Below, piece by piece: positions 9,589 to 18,609 of a stretch of 29,960 bases of DNA. The stretch is taken from the NCBI GenBank assembly GCA_031459875.1, contig JAVKHQ010000032.1:1-29960 (forward strand), given 5' to 3'. The notes beneath the pieces are model-generated. The model was not told the DNA's origin. It did no database searches and worked only from the letters and a program-made list of their open reading frames with translations. A program made the translations under genes and the position numbers. This stretch comes from Candidatus Fervidifonticultor sextus (GTDB lineage: Bacteria > Sysuimicrobiota > Sysuimicrobiia > Sysuimicrobiales > Humicultoraceae). Position 1 is the first letter of the stretch, and each line of letters starts with the position of its first letter.

Positions 9589-10431
9589 CTACCCCTTTTC
9601 CCTGATCACCCCGAAGGTCAACGCCGTGATCACGTAGCGACGCCCCAGCAGCAGCAGCACGACGGGCACCAGGGCCGAGATCGTCCCTGCCGCCGCCATG
9701 TCGTTCCAGATGATCTCGAACTGGGTCACCAGGCTCGCCACGCCGATGGAGAAGGTCTGGGACGAGGGCGAAGCCGTGAGGATGAAAGCGAACAGGAACT
9801 CGCTCCACGTCAGGGCGAACGTGATGACCCCGCCCGCCAGCAGCGCGGGCGCCAGCTGCGGCAGGAGGATGCGGAAGAAGGCGCGCAGACGGGTGGCCCC
9901 GTCCACCAGCGCCGCTTCCTCGATCTCCATGGGGATCTCGGCCAGGAAACCCTTCAGCATCCAGACTGCAAAGGGCAGGCTGAAGACGGTGTAGAGCAGG
10001 ACCAGCGACTGCCGGGTGTCGTAGAGGCCCAGCCCGCGGACGATGTCGAACCAGGGGACCACCACGACGATCGGCGGCAGGAACCGCAGGCTGAGGATCC
10101 ATCCCAGCAGGCCCCGCCGGAATCCGGGCCGGACCGGCATGCGGGTCAGCGGGTAGGCGATGAGCAGGCTGGCGGCCAGCGCGCCGACGACCGCCGCCAG
10201 CGAGATGACCAGGCTGTTGGCCAGCAGGCGGGTGTACCCTCGATGCGCCAGCACCGACGCGAAGGCCTCGGCGCTGGGCTCGGCGGGCACCACCGTCGGC
10301 GGATAGCGGTAGAGCTCCGCCCTGGACTTCACTGCGGTGGAGACCATCCAGAAGAACGGGAACAGATAGACGATGATGATGGCGGCCAGCAGGCCGTAGG
10401 CCACCAGCGACGCCAGGCGCCGGCGGGTCAC
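9589..10431 (-). CDS. Carbohydrate ABC permease (MalG-like)
   Basis: EIEEAALVDGA loop; GTG 10431 overlaps the upstream stop. Confidence 0.92.
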   Translation of the reverse strand: MTRRRLASLVAYGLLAAIIIVYLFPFFWMVSTAVKSRAELYRYPPTVVPAEPSAEAFASVLAHRGYTRLLANSLVISLAAVVGALAASLLIAYPLTRMPVRPGFRRGLLGWILSLRFLPPIVVVVPWFDIVRGLGLYDTRQSLVLLYTVFSLPFAVWMLKGFLAEIPMEIEEAALVDGATRLRAFFRILLPQLAPALLAGGVITFALTWSEFLFAFILTASPSSQTFSIGVASLVTQFEIIWNDMAAAGTISALVPVVLLLLGRRYVITALTFGVIREKG

Positions 10432-11309
10432 ATGACGCCCTCCGCGACCAGCCACCGGCCGAGGACCGAGAAGAGCACCGACGAGACGACGACCACATAC
10501 AACCCGATGGCGGCGGCATAGCCGAGGTCGAAGAACTTGAACGCGATCCGGTAAAGGTAGACGCTGACGAACTCCGTGGAGGTCCCGGGCCCTCCGGCCG
10601 TCAGGACCATGACGTGGTCGAAGACCCGGAACGTATCGGTAAACCGGAAGACCAGCAGCAGCAGCACCAGCGACTTCAGGTAGGGGAACTCGATGAGGCG
10701 AAACAGTCCCCACCCGCCGGCACCGTCCACCCGGGCGGCCTCCACCACATCGTGGGGCACCGCCTGCAGCCCGGCGAAGCACACCAGGAAGACGAACGGC
10801 GTCCACTGCCAGACGTCCACGCTGAGCACCGAGAACATGGCTCCCGCGCCGGTGGACAGCCAGAGGATGTCCTGCTCGATGAGCCCCAGGCTCCGCAGGA
10901 GGTAGTTGAGGATGCCGTAGTTGGGGGTGTAGACCAGCCGGGCGATGACGCCGGCGACGATGGGCGGGGTCACCATGGGGATGATCAGGAGCAGGTAGAC
11001 CAGGGTGCGCACCGCGCCGCTGGGGATGGCGCGGTGCACGTAGAGGGCGAGGGCCAGCCCCAGAACGACCTCGACCCCCACCGCCGTCGCGACGTAGAGG
11101 CCGGTGGCGCGCAGTGATGCCGCGAACGTGGGATCATCGAACGCCCGGGCGAAGTTGCCCGCGCCGATGAAATCCCCGCTGCGGTAGTCGCGCACGCTCA
11201 GGGCGACCGTATAAAGCAGCGGGTAGGCCACCAGCGCTCCCAGGACGAGGATGGGAATCCCAGCCAGCAGATAGGGGAGCGCGTGTCGCCGTCGGGCCGC
11301 CGCGGTCAT
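10428..11309 (-). CDS. Carbohydrate ABC permease (MalF-like)
   Basis: Motifs DVWQWTPF, EAARVDGA, LTAGGPGTST. Confidence 0.93.
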   Translation of the reverse strand: MTAAARRRHALPYLLAGIPILVLGALVAYPLLYTVALSVRDYRSGDFIGAGNFARAFDDPTFAASLRATGLYVATAVGVEVVLGLALALYVHRAIPSGAVRTLVYLLLIIPMVTPPIVAGVIARLVYTPNYGILNYLLRSLGLIEQDILWLSTGAGAMFSVLSVDVWQWTPFVFLVCFAGLQAVPHDVVEAARVDGAGGWGLFRLIEFPYLKSLVLLLLVFRFTDTFRVFDHVMVLTAGGPGTSTEFVSVYLYRIAFKFFDLGYAAAIGLYVVVVSSVLFSVLGRWLVAEGVM

Positions 11310-11315
11310 GGGGAT

Positions 11316-11338
11316 GGGGGCCGGCCAGGCCGGCCCCC
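11316..11338. other. Intercistronic GC hairpin after the sugar SBP gene
   Basis: Perfect inverted repeat GGGGGCCGGCC-A-GGCCGGCCCCC. Confidence 0.6.
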
Positions 11339-11344
11339 CGGCTC

Positions 11345-12643
11345 CTACTTGTAGTACCCCGCCTGGCGCATGTGCTTCTCGATCTCGCTGGCGGCCTTGG
11401 CGATCGCCTCTTCAGGGGTCGCGAGGCCGGCCAGGGCGGCGTTCACGTGGGTCCCGAGGATGGCCTCCACGGCGAACCACTCCTGGGTGCGCGGCCGCCA
11501 GTGGGCCGGCGCCGCCAGCGAGGCGGCCATGGCCTTGAAGAACGCAAACTGCCTGTTCATCTCCGGGTCCTCGAGCACCGACTTGCGGAACGGAATCCCG
11601 CCGCCCTGCGCGTAGGGCTTCTGGACCTGGGTGCCGGTCGCCCAGAGGATGAACTCGTAGGCCCACCGTTTGTTCTTCGACCCCTGCGGGATGCCCAGCA
11701 GCCAGTTGCCGATCAGCGGGCCGTGGATGTTGCCCGGGCCCCGGGGGGCCAGGGTGTACCCCATCTTGCCCACGACCTTGGAGACCGAGGGGTTCTCCAC
11801 GATGTCGGTGATCTCCGCGGGCCAGATGAACCCCTGCGCGGCCCGGCCGACCGCCACCTCCCGGGCACGCTCGGCGGCGTCGTAGTTCTCCACCCCGGGC
11901 GGCGCGTACTGCTTGAGGTCCTTGGTGAAGAACTTCAGGGCCGCCACGGCCTCCTTCGAGTTGAGCACCACCTTCCACGTGTCGTCGAAGATGCGGCCGC
12001 CGAAGGACAGCAGCACCGGCGTGAACTCCGAGATGACCGGGTTCCCCTTGGCCCCGCGGATGACGAACCCGTACATGGGCGCCGCGGGATTGTGCACCTT
12101 CTTGGCGTTGGCCAGCACGTCGTCCCAGGTCTTGGGCTCGGAGACCAGGTCCTTCCGGTACATGAAGAACTCGACGTTGCCGACCAGGGTAATGGCGTAG
12201 AGCTGGCGCGCCTTGCCCCGCTCGCCGGGCGGCACCGGCCCCCGCGGCGGCGGCCAGGTCCCCAGGTCGTAGACCACCGGGAAGATGTCGGGGTCGCGCT
12301 TGTAACCGAACTCCTTGTCCAGCGGCGTCAACCAGCCTTCCGCGCCGAACTTGGGCATCCAGGGATCGTCGGCGATCAGCAGGTCGTAGGTCGCGGCCTT
12401 GGCCTGGAATGTGGTCACGAGCTTCTCGTAGAGGGTATGGTAGGGGAACTCGACGAGGTCGATCTTGACCCCCTTCTCCTTCTCCCACATGGGCAGGATC
12501 GCCTTGAGCCCCTTGGTCTCACCGCCCGCCACCACCGCCATGGTGAGCTTGGCGGGCTTCGGTGGCAGGGCCTGGGCGCCGAGCGGTCTTCCGCTGGCGG
12601 CCAGCGCCAGGACAACCAGGAACACCACGGCTGTGATCCTCAC
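11345..12643 (-). CDS. Sugar ABC transporter substrate-binding protein (CUT1)
   Basis: GTG 12643 with a GGAG-rich SD, signal peptide, YRKDL, PKTWDD, AYEFILWAT. Confidence 0.92.
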   Translation of the reverse strand: MRITAVVFLVVLALAASGRPLGAQALPPKPAKLTMAVVAGGETKGLKAILPMWEKEKGVKIDLVEFPYHTLYEKLVTTFQAKAATYDLLIADDPWMPKFGAEGWLTPLDKEFGYKRDPDIFPVVYDLGTWPPPRGPVPPGERGKARQLYAITLVGNVEFFMYRKDLVSEPKTWDDVLANAKKVHNPAAPMYGFVIRGAKGNPVISEFTPVLLSFGGRIFDDTWKVVLNSKEAVAALKFFTKDLKQYAPPGVENYDAAERAREVAVGRAAQGFIWPAEITDIVENPSVSKVVGKMGYTLAPRGPGNIHGPLIGNWLLGIPQGSKNKRWAYEFILWATGTQVQKPYAQGGGIPFRKSVLEDPEMNRQFAFFKAMAASLAAPAHWRPRTQEWFAVEAILGTHVNAALAGLATPEEAIAKAASEIEKHMRQAGYYK

Positions 12644-12728
12644 GGTCTCCCCTCCCTCCCTGCATGGGGTCGTGCGCTGTCGTCCGGGTGCGCTCTCACC
12701 TCCTCCCGCCATCCCCGCCCGCGGGGCG

Positions 12729-13898
12729 CTACGATCGGACCATGATCTTCCCGTCCTCCCGCCGGGTGGCCTTCTGGACGGCCTCGACACCGCGGTCCAG
12801 CGGGAAGCGGCTGGTGATGATCTGGGTCATGTCAATGCGGCGGGCGGCCATGAGCCGGATCACGCTGGGAAAGTTCCCGTAGCCCGAGTGGCCCTGGGCC
12901 CCGAAGACCTGCGCCGCGTGGGTCTGAAAGTGCTCCAGGTACATGGGCACGCGGTCGGACGCCCGGCCGATCACGACGATCTTGCCGCCGACGGCCAGCG
13001 TCTCTTCCATCTCGGGGATCGTCTTCGGGGGGGCGCCCGCGGCCTCCACGTGCATGTCAGCGCCTTCCCCGCGGGTCGCTTCCATGATCACGTCCCGCGG
13101 GCGCAGCCCCTGGCGCTCCAGCTCCACCGGATTGTAGACGAGGTCGGCGCCCATCTTCCTGGCCAGGTCCTGGCGCACCGGCGACACCTCGAAGGCGATG
13201 ACGCGGCCCGCGCCCGCAGCGCGCGCCAGCGCGATGGCCGCGAACCCGATGGGCCCGGTGCCGAAGACCGTGACGTAGCCGCCCGGCCGAAATCCCCCGG
13301 CGCGGGTGAACATGGCGTTGTAGGAAACGCTGGTGGGCTCGCACAGGGCGCCGGCCTCGTAGGCCCGGTCCACGTCGCCGTAGACTTCGGCCAGTTCGTT
13401 GATCTTCCAGCAGTACTTGGCGCCGATGACGATGGAATCGGCCTGCGCGCCGTGGATCGTGAAGCCGATCTCCTCAAGGCGCAGGCACTGGTTGGGGTAC
13501 CCGTTGCGGCACGGCGTGCACTCCCCGCACCAGATCATCTCTTCGGCGGTCACCATGTCGCCGACGGTGAGGTCTCGCACCTCCCGGCCGACCTCGACGA
13601 CCTCGCCGGAGAACTCGTGGCCGATGATCACCGGGAACCTGGTGAGCCCCGGATACAGCATGTAGCCCTCCGCATCGGTCTCGTAGAAGTGGACGTCCGA
13701 CCCGCAGATGCCGCAGGCGCGCGGCCGCAGCCGGACGTCTCGGGGTCCCACCGGCGCCTCCGGCACGTCCCGCAGGTGCAGGCGGGGGTGCCTCCAGACG
13801 CTGCTGCCGGTCACGGCCTTGCCGGTGGTGCGCTCGAAGTCCGTGAGGGTGTATCCCTCGCGGGGCTGCCAGTCGGCCTCCAGCACCAGGCCTTTCAT
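12729..13898 (-). CDS. iolM: scyllo-inosose 3-dehydrogenase (Zn-dependent MDR)
   Basis: ATG 13898 with GGAG SD; N-terminus MKGLVLEADWQPR; CGICGSDVH, GHEFSG, CGECTPC...C, GAQGHSGYGNFP. Confidence 0.9.
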   Translation of the reverse strand: MKGLVLEADWQPREGYTLTDFERTTGKAVTGSSVWRHPRLHLRDVPEAPVGPRDVRLRPRACGICGSDVHFYETDAEGYMLYPGLTRFPVIIGHEFSGEVVEVGREVRDLTVGDMVTAEEMIWCGECTPCRNGYPNQCLRLEEIGFTIHGAQADSIVIGAKYCWKINELAEVYGDVDRAYEAGALCEPTSVSYNAMFTRAGGFRPGGYVTVFGTGPIGFAAIALARAAGAGRVIAFEVSPVRQDLARKMGADLVYNPVELERQGLRPRDVIMEATRGEGADMHVEAAGAPPKTIPEMEETLAVGGKIVVIGRASDRVPMYLEHFQTHAAQVFGAQGHSGYGNFPSVIRLMAARRIDMTQIITSRFPLDRGVEAVQKATRREDGKIMVRS

Positions 13899-13954
13899 TC
13901 TGCTCCCTCCTCGCTCGGCGCCCGCATGGAGCGGGGCATCCCTCTCCTCCTTCT

Positions 13955-15022
13955 TCAGGATACGGGATGGCGCCGTCTTCCTGCACCTGCCGCGACCCTG
14001 CCGACGGATGCGCGCCCCCTTGATGCCCCGCAGGAGTCGCGGACGATCAACCGGGGCTCCAGGACCAGGCGGCGTGGCGTGTGGTCTCCGCCGCCGAGCA
14101 GTTCCAGCATGCGTTCCATGGCCAGATGACCCATGCGGTACTTGGGCTGGGCGACCGTGGTGAGCGGTGGGTCGACCAGTGACGCGAAGGTGATATCGTC
14201 GAAGCCCACCACCGCCACATCGTCGGGCAGCCGACGCCCCCACCGGCGCAGTTCCCGCATGGCGCCGATGGCCATGAGGTCGTTGGCGGCCACGACCGCC
14301 GTGAAGGCCGCCCCGCGGCGGAGCAGCGCGCCCACCACGGCCGCCCCGCCGTCGGCGTGGAAGTCCCCGTCGCCGATCCGCGCCGGATCCACCGGGATGC
14401 CGGCGGCCTGCAGCGCATCACGGTAGCCGGCCAGCCGCTCCCGGGCCACCGGCAGCGTCCCGGGACCCCCGATGAACGCGATCCGCCGGTGCCCCAGGCG
14501 CAGCAGGTGCTCGGTCGCCTCGCGCGCGCCCCGGCGGTTGTCCACCAGGACCGCGTCCATCTCGACCCCATCGGGCGCCCGCGCTACCAGGACCACGGGC
14601 ACGCCCTGGCGGCGCAGCATTCGCAGATGCCCCGTGTTGGCACCCACGGTGGCGAAGATCAGGCCGTCCACCATCCGCTTGCGCAGCACGCTCAGGTAGG
14701 TGCGCTCCTTGGCGAGATCCTCGTAGGTGTTGCACAGCAGCACCGCCAGCCCTGCCCGGCTGGCCACGTCCTCGATGCCGCGGGCGATCGCCGGGAAGAA
14801 CGGGTTGCTGATGTCCGGGACGATCAGGCCGATGGTTCCGGTGACGCGCTTCTTCAGGCCCCGCGCCACCAGATTCGGGTGGTAGCCCAGGCGCGCCACC
14901 GCGGCCAGGACCCGGTGGCGGGTGGGATCGCTGACCCGGTGGGCGCTCCCGCTGACGACGCGCGACACCGTCGCGACAGAGACGCCTGCCGCCCTGGCCA
15001 CTTCACGGATCGTCGCGGTCAC
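13955..15022 (-). CDS. LacI-family transcriptional regulator
   Basis: TIREVARAAGVSVATVSRV HTH; NPFF, ANDLMAIG, VVGFDD, PPLTTV. Confidence 0.96.
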   Translation of the reverse strand: MTATIREVARAAGVSVATVSRVVSGSAHRVSDPTRHRVLAAVARLGYHPNLVARGLKKRVTGTIGLIVPDISNPFFPAIARGIEDVASRAGLAVLLCNTYEDLAKERTYLSVLRKRMVDGLIFATVGANTGHLRMLRRQGVPVVLVARAPDGVEMDAVLVDNRRGAREATEHLLRLGHRRIAFIGGPGTLPVARERLAGYRDALQAAGIPVDPARIGDGDFHADGGAAVVGALLRRGAAFTAVVAANDLMAIGAMRELRRWGRRLPDDVAVVGFDDITFASLVDPPLTTVAQPKYRMGHLAMERMLELLGGGDHTPRRLVLEPRLIVRDSCGASRGRASVGRVAAGAGRRRHPVS

Positions 15023-15072
15023 GCTTGTCCTCCCCGCACCGACACGAGCGGGAGACCGGCACAGGTAGAAGG

Positions 15073-15088
15073 TGGAAAACGTTTACCA
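15073..15088. promoter_or_regulatory. LacI-type operator TGGAAAACGTTTACCA
   Basis: Near-perfect 16-bp palindrome with central CG and AAAC/GTTT arms, 50 nt upstream of the LacI gene. Confidence 0.75.
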
Positions 15089-15132
15089 TCTCGGAGGTTC
15101 GTCGCGTCCGATGGCTCCTCCTGCCTGAACCC

Positions 15133-15162
15133 TTCCACGGGGCCCCGGCCGTCCCATACAAT
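15133..15162 (+). promoter_or_regulatory. Putative sigma70 promoter of the acyl-CoA dehydrogenase gene
   Basis: TTCCAC-N18-TACAAT. Confidence 0.45.
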
Positions 15163-15194
15163 CAGGGAGACGACAGCGCCGCGGAGGCGTTTTG

Positions 15195-16373
15195 GTGAGG
15201 GAACTGACGGTCCGCCCGTCCGACTACTTCCATCTCGAGGACGTGTTGACGGAAGACGAGCGGCTCGTGCGCGACACCGTGCGCCGGTTCGTGGACCGCG
15301 AGGTCCTCCCCCACATCGGCGGGTGGTGGCTGCGCGGCGAGTTCCCGCGCCATCTGGTGCCCCGGCTCGGCGATCTGGGTGTGCTGGGGCCCACCCTCCC
15401 GACCGACTATGGTGCCGCCGGGGTCAACAACATCACCTACGGCCTCATCATGCAGGAACTGGAGCGCGGCGACTCCGGCCTGCGGTCCTTCGCCTCGGTG
15501 CAGGGCGCGCTGGTCATGTACCCCATCTACACGTTCGGCAGCGAAGAGCAGCGCCGCCGCTGGCTGCCCCGGCTCGCCCGCGGCGAGGCGGTGGGCTGCT
15601 TCGGCCTCACCGAGCACGGCGCCGGGTCGGACCCGGCGGCGATGCAGACGCGGGCCCACCGCCGCCCCGACGGCTGGGAACTATCGGGCAGCAAGATGTG
15701 GATCACCAACGGCTCGCTGGCGGACGTCGCCGTCGTCTGGGCCAAGGACGACGAGGGGGAGATCCGCGGCTTCCTGGTCGAGCGCGGGACACCGGGGTAT
15801 ACCGCCCACGAAGTGAAGACCAAGGCCAGCATGCGCGCCTCGGATACCTCGGAACTCGTCTTCGACAGCGTCCGCGTCGGGGAGGACGCCGTGCTGCCCG
15901 ACGCGAAGGGGCTGCGGGCGCCGCTGGCCTGCCTGACCCAGGCGCGCTACGGGATCGCGTGGGGCGCCGTCGGGGCGGCGATGGCATGCTTCGAGGAAGC
16001 GCTGGCCTACGCCAAGGCGCGCGTTGCCTTCGGCAAGCCCATCGCCGCCACACAGATCATCCAGGAACGATTGGTCGACATGCTCACCGAGATCACCAAG
16101 GCGCAACTGCTGGCCTACCGGCTGGGGCAACTCAAGGACCAGGGGCGGATGCGCTACACCCAGGTGTCCCTGGCCAAGCGCAACAATGTGCGGACGGCTC
16201 TCGAGATCGCCCGCGCCGCGCGCAGCATCCTGGGCGCGTCGGGGATCACCCTGGAGTACCACTCGATGCGCCACGCGGCGAACCTCGAATCGGTGGACAC
16301 CTACGAGGGGACCTACGACATCCACACGCTGATCCTGGGCCGGGATCTCACGGGCCTGGATGCGTTCGGCTAG
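15195..16373 (+). CDS. Acyl-CoA dehydrogenase, glutaryl-CoA dehydrogenase-like
   Basis: ELERGDSGLRSFASVQ, CFGLTE..AGSDP, KMWITNG, TYEGTYDIHTLILG. GGAGG lies 7 nt before GTG 15195. Confidence 0.9.
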   Translation: MRELTVRPSDYFHLEDVLTEDERLVRDTVRRFVDREVLPHIGGWWLRGEFPRHLVPRLGDLGVLGPTLPTDYGAAGVNNITYGLIMQELERGDSGLRSFASVQGALVMYPIYTFGSEEQRRRWLPRLARGEAVGCFGLTEHGAGSDPAAMQTRAHRRPDGWELSGSKMWITNGSLADVAVVWAKDDEGEIRGFLVERGTPGYTAHEVKTKASMRASDTSELVFDSVRVGEDAVLPDAKGLRAPLACLTQARYGIAWGAVGAAMACFEEALAYAKARVAFGKPIAATQIIQERLVDMLTEITKAQLLAYRLGQLKDQGRMRYTQVSLAKRNNVRTALEIARAARSILGASGITLEYHSMRHAANLESVDTYEGTYDIHTLILGRDLTGLDAFG

Positions 16374-16398
16374 AGGGCGCGGCGGGGCCCCCGGAACG

Positions 16399-16432
16399 CG
16401 ACGAGACGGCGGGGATCCCCGCCGTCTCGTCG
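16399..16432. terminator. 34-bp perfect palindrome, probable bidirectional terminator between convergent genes
   Basis: CGACGAGACGGCGGGGA/TCCCCGCCGTCTCGTCG; no U-tract. Confidence 0.65.
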
Positions 16433-16449
16433 GGGCAAGCGCAGGGCGG

Positions 16450-16494
16450 CTACTTGCCCTTCTTCTTCGCGGCCTTCTTTGCCTTCTTCGCCAC
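16450..16494 (-). CDS. 14-aa Lys/Ala-rich microprotein MAKKAKKAAKKKGK
   Basis: AAGGAGG (16503-16509) lies 8 nt before GTG; TAG stop; downstream hairpin; candidate promoter TTGACG-N16-CATCTT (16517-16544). Confidence 0.6.
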   Translation of the reverse strand: MAKKAKKAAKKKGK

Positions 16495-16596
16495 CGTCCT
16501 CGCCTCCTTCTCCTGGAAGATGGACGGCAGAAGCGTGCCGTCAAATACCCGTTCGCTACTACATGTGGACATTCCTTCTTGCCCGGGCACAAATTC

Positions 16597-18498
16597 TTGA
16601 TTGGGTGGCTGACCGTCTCGGTCGTCCTCGGGGCTTCCGGGATCGCGACGGTCGCCCGGGAGCGTCCGGCCGACGTGCGCGGCCATTGGGGCGAAGGGCG
16701 CATCGTGGAATTGATCGGGCGCGGGATCATCGCGGTGGAGGCCGACGGCCTCTTCCGACCCGACGAGGCCGTCTCGCGCGGACAGTTCGTCCAGTGGCTG
16801 GTCGCCGCCCGCGGGCTCCCCCAGGTTCGCCAGGCGCTCCCGCCCTTCGCCGATCTCCCTGCGGGCTCCGAGCACGCGCCCGCGGTGGAGACGGCCGTCG
16901 CATTCGGCATCGTGCCGCCCGGCGGGGTGTTCCGGCCCGGGGCACCGCTCCTGCGCGGGGAAGCGTTCGGGTGGCTCGTCCGCGCCATGGGACACACCTT
17001 CGAGGCCGCCTACATGACCAACGCGGCCCTGCCCTTCCAGGATGTGGACGGCCTGCCTCCGTCGGTGCGCGGGTCGATTGCGGTGGTGGCGCTCGCGAGA
17101 CCGCCGATCCTCCGCGAACCGCCGTCTGAGCGCGTGCGGCCGTTTGCACCCATGACCCGCGCCGAAGCGGCCAGTCTCCTCTGGGGATACCTCCAGACCG
17201 TCGAGCGGGGCACCTCGCTGACTTTCACGGTCTCGGTGGGCCCGGGGGTCACGCTCATCCTCGAGAAGCGCGGCGTGCTGCGGGTCCTGCCGGTCTGGCG
17301 GGTGCAGGTCGGGGCCTTCGCGGACGAGGATCGAGCGCGACGGCTGGTCGACAGCCTGCGGGCGCGGGGCCTGCCGGTGACCATAGAGCAGGTAGACGAC
17401 CTGTTCAAAGTGCGCGTGGGGGACTTCACGACCCGCGATGAGGCGGCGGCCTTCGAGCGGCGGATGGTCGACGAAGGCCTGTCCACCTGGGTCATCCTGA
17501 CGGTGCGCGACTATGAAGCGCTGGGCGGACCGTTCTGGACCGGGATTTTGGTGGTCGAACCGGCCAGCGGCGTGCGCCTGCGCCCCGCGCTGGCCCGCGA
17601 GACCACCATCGGGCGGGGGCGCACCAGTGAGGCCGCGCGCCGGGCCGGCGCCCAGGCTGCGGTCAACGGCGGGTTCTTCTCGGGCGCGGGCGATCCCCTG
17701 GGCTGTCTGGTCATCGACGGCGACGTGCTCAGCGAACCGGTCGCCGGACGGACGTGCGCCGGCCTGACCGACGACGGCCAGGTGCTCTTCGATGTGCTCA
17801 GGTTCGATGCCCGGGCCGCCGGCGAGGCGGGGACGGTGGCCATCGACGGCGTCAACCGCGAGCGCGGGCCCAACGAGATCATCCTCTACCGCCCTGCCCA
17901 CGGCCCGACCACGCGCACCAACGCCTTTGGGGCCGAGGTGATCGTCTCGGGCAGTGCGGTCGAGCAGATCGTCGACGGCCGCGGCAACAGCCCGATCCCA
18001 CCCGGTGGGTACGTGCTGTCCGGACACGGCCGCGGCCGGGGAGCCCTGCTGACCGCCTTCAAACCGGGCGACCGCGTGGCCCTGCGGATGCGCCTGCTCC
18101 CGTCGTCCGGCGACCCCCGATGGGCGCATGTCCGGCACATCTTCGGCGGCGGCCCGCGCCTGCTGGCCGACGGACAGTTCGTCGGCGGCGAGGGCTTCCG
18201 GCCGTGGTTGGTCGAGCGACGCCACCCGCGCACCGCCATCGGCCGCCTGGGCGACGGCCGGATCATCCTGGTCGTCGTCGGCGGCCGGCAGCCCTACCAC
18301 AGCCTGGGCATGACGCTGCTCGAACTGGCGGTGCTGATGCGCCAGTTGGGGGCCACCGACGCCCTGAACCTGGACGGCGGCGGCTCGTCCACCTTGGTCG
18401 TGCGGGGCGTCGTGGTGAACCTGCCGTCGGACGAGACAGGTGAACGGCCGGTCAGCGACGTGCTGCTGGTGATGCCCCCGGGGACCGGCCACCGCTAG
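16597..18498 (+). CDS. Surface protein with SLH repeats, SPOR domain and phosphodiester glycosidase (NAGPA-like) domain
   Basis: DVRGHW...FRPDEAVSRGQF (SLH); WRVQVGAF...FKVRVGDF (SPOR); AAVNGGFF, RHPRTAIG, NLDGGGSS. Start uncertain; TTG 16597 precedes a hydrophobic segment. Confidence 0.85.
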   Translation: MIGWLTVSVVLGASGIATVARERPADVRGHWGEGRIVELIGRGIIAVEADGLFRPDEAVSRGQFVQWLVAARGLPQVRQALPPFADLPAGSEHAPAVETAVAFGIVPPGGVFRPGAPLLRGEAFGWLVRAMGHTFEAAYMTNAALPFQDVDGLPPSVRGSIAVVALARPPILREPPSERVRPFAPMTRAEAASLLWGYLQTVERGTSLTFTVSVGPGVTLILEKRGVLRVLPVWRVQVGAFADEDRARRLVDSLRARGLPVTIEQVDDLFKVRVGDFTTRDEAAAFERRMVDEGLSTWVILTVRDYEALGGPFWTGILVVEPASGVRLRPALARETTIGRGRTSEAARRAGAQAAVNGGFFSGAGDPLGCLVIDGDVLSEPVAGRTCAGLTDDGQVLFDVLRFDARAAGEAGTVAIDGVNRERGPNEIILYRPAHGPTTRTNAFGAEVIVSGSAVEQIVDGRGNSPIPPGGYVLSGHGRGRGALLTAFKPGDRVALRMRLLPSSGDPRWAHVRHIFGGGPRLLADGQFVGGEGFRPWLVERRHPRTAIGRLGDGRIILVVVGGRQPYHSLGMTLLELAVLMRQLGATDALNLDGGGSSTLVVRGVVVNLPSDETGERPVSDVLLVMPPGTGHR

Positions 18499-18609
18499 TC
18501 GGGAGTGGTGTTTGTCCGACATGCCAGACGAGGGGAGAGGTCCTCTCAGACCGGGGGGGCGCGGCTGTTCGGGGCGTCGTGGGAGGGGTGGAGCCTGAAG
18601 GACGACTGA

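Noticed and set aside
16495..18522. 690-aa minus-strand ORF
   Set aside because: Antisense shadow of the SLH/glycosidase gene; only its last 14 codons have an SD-supported start.
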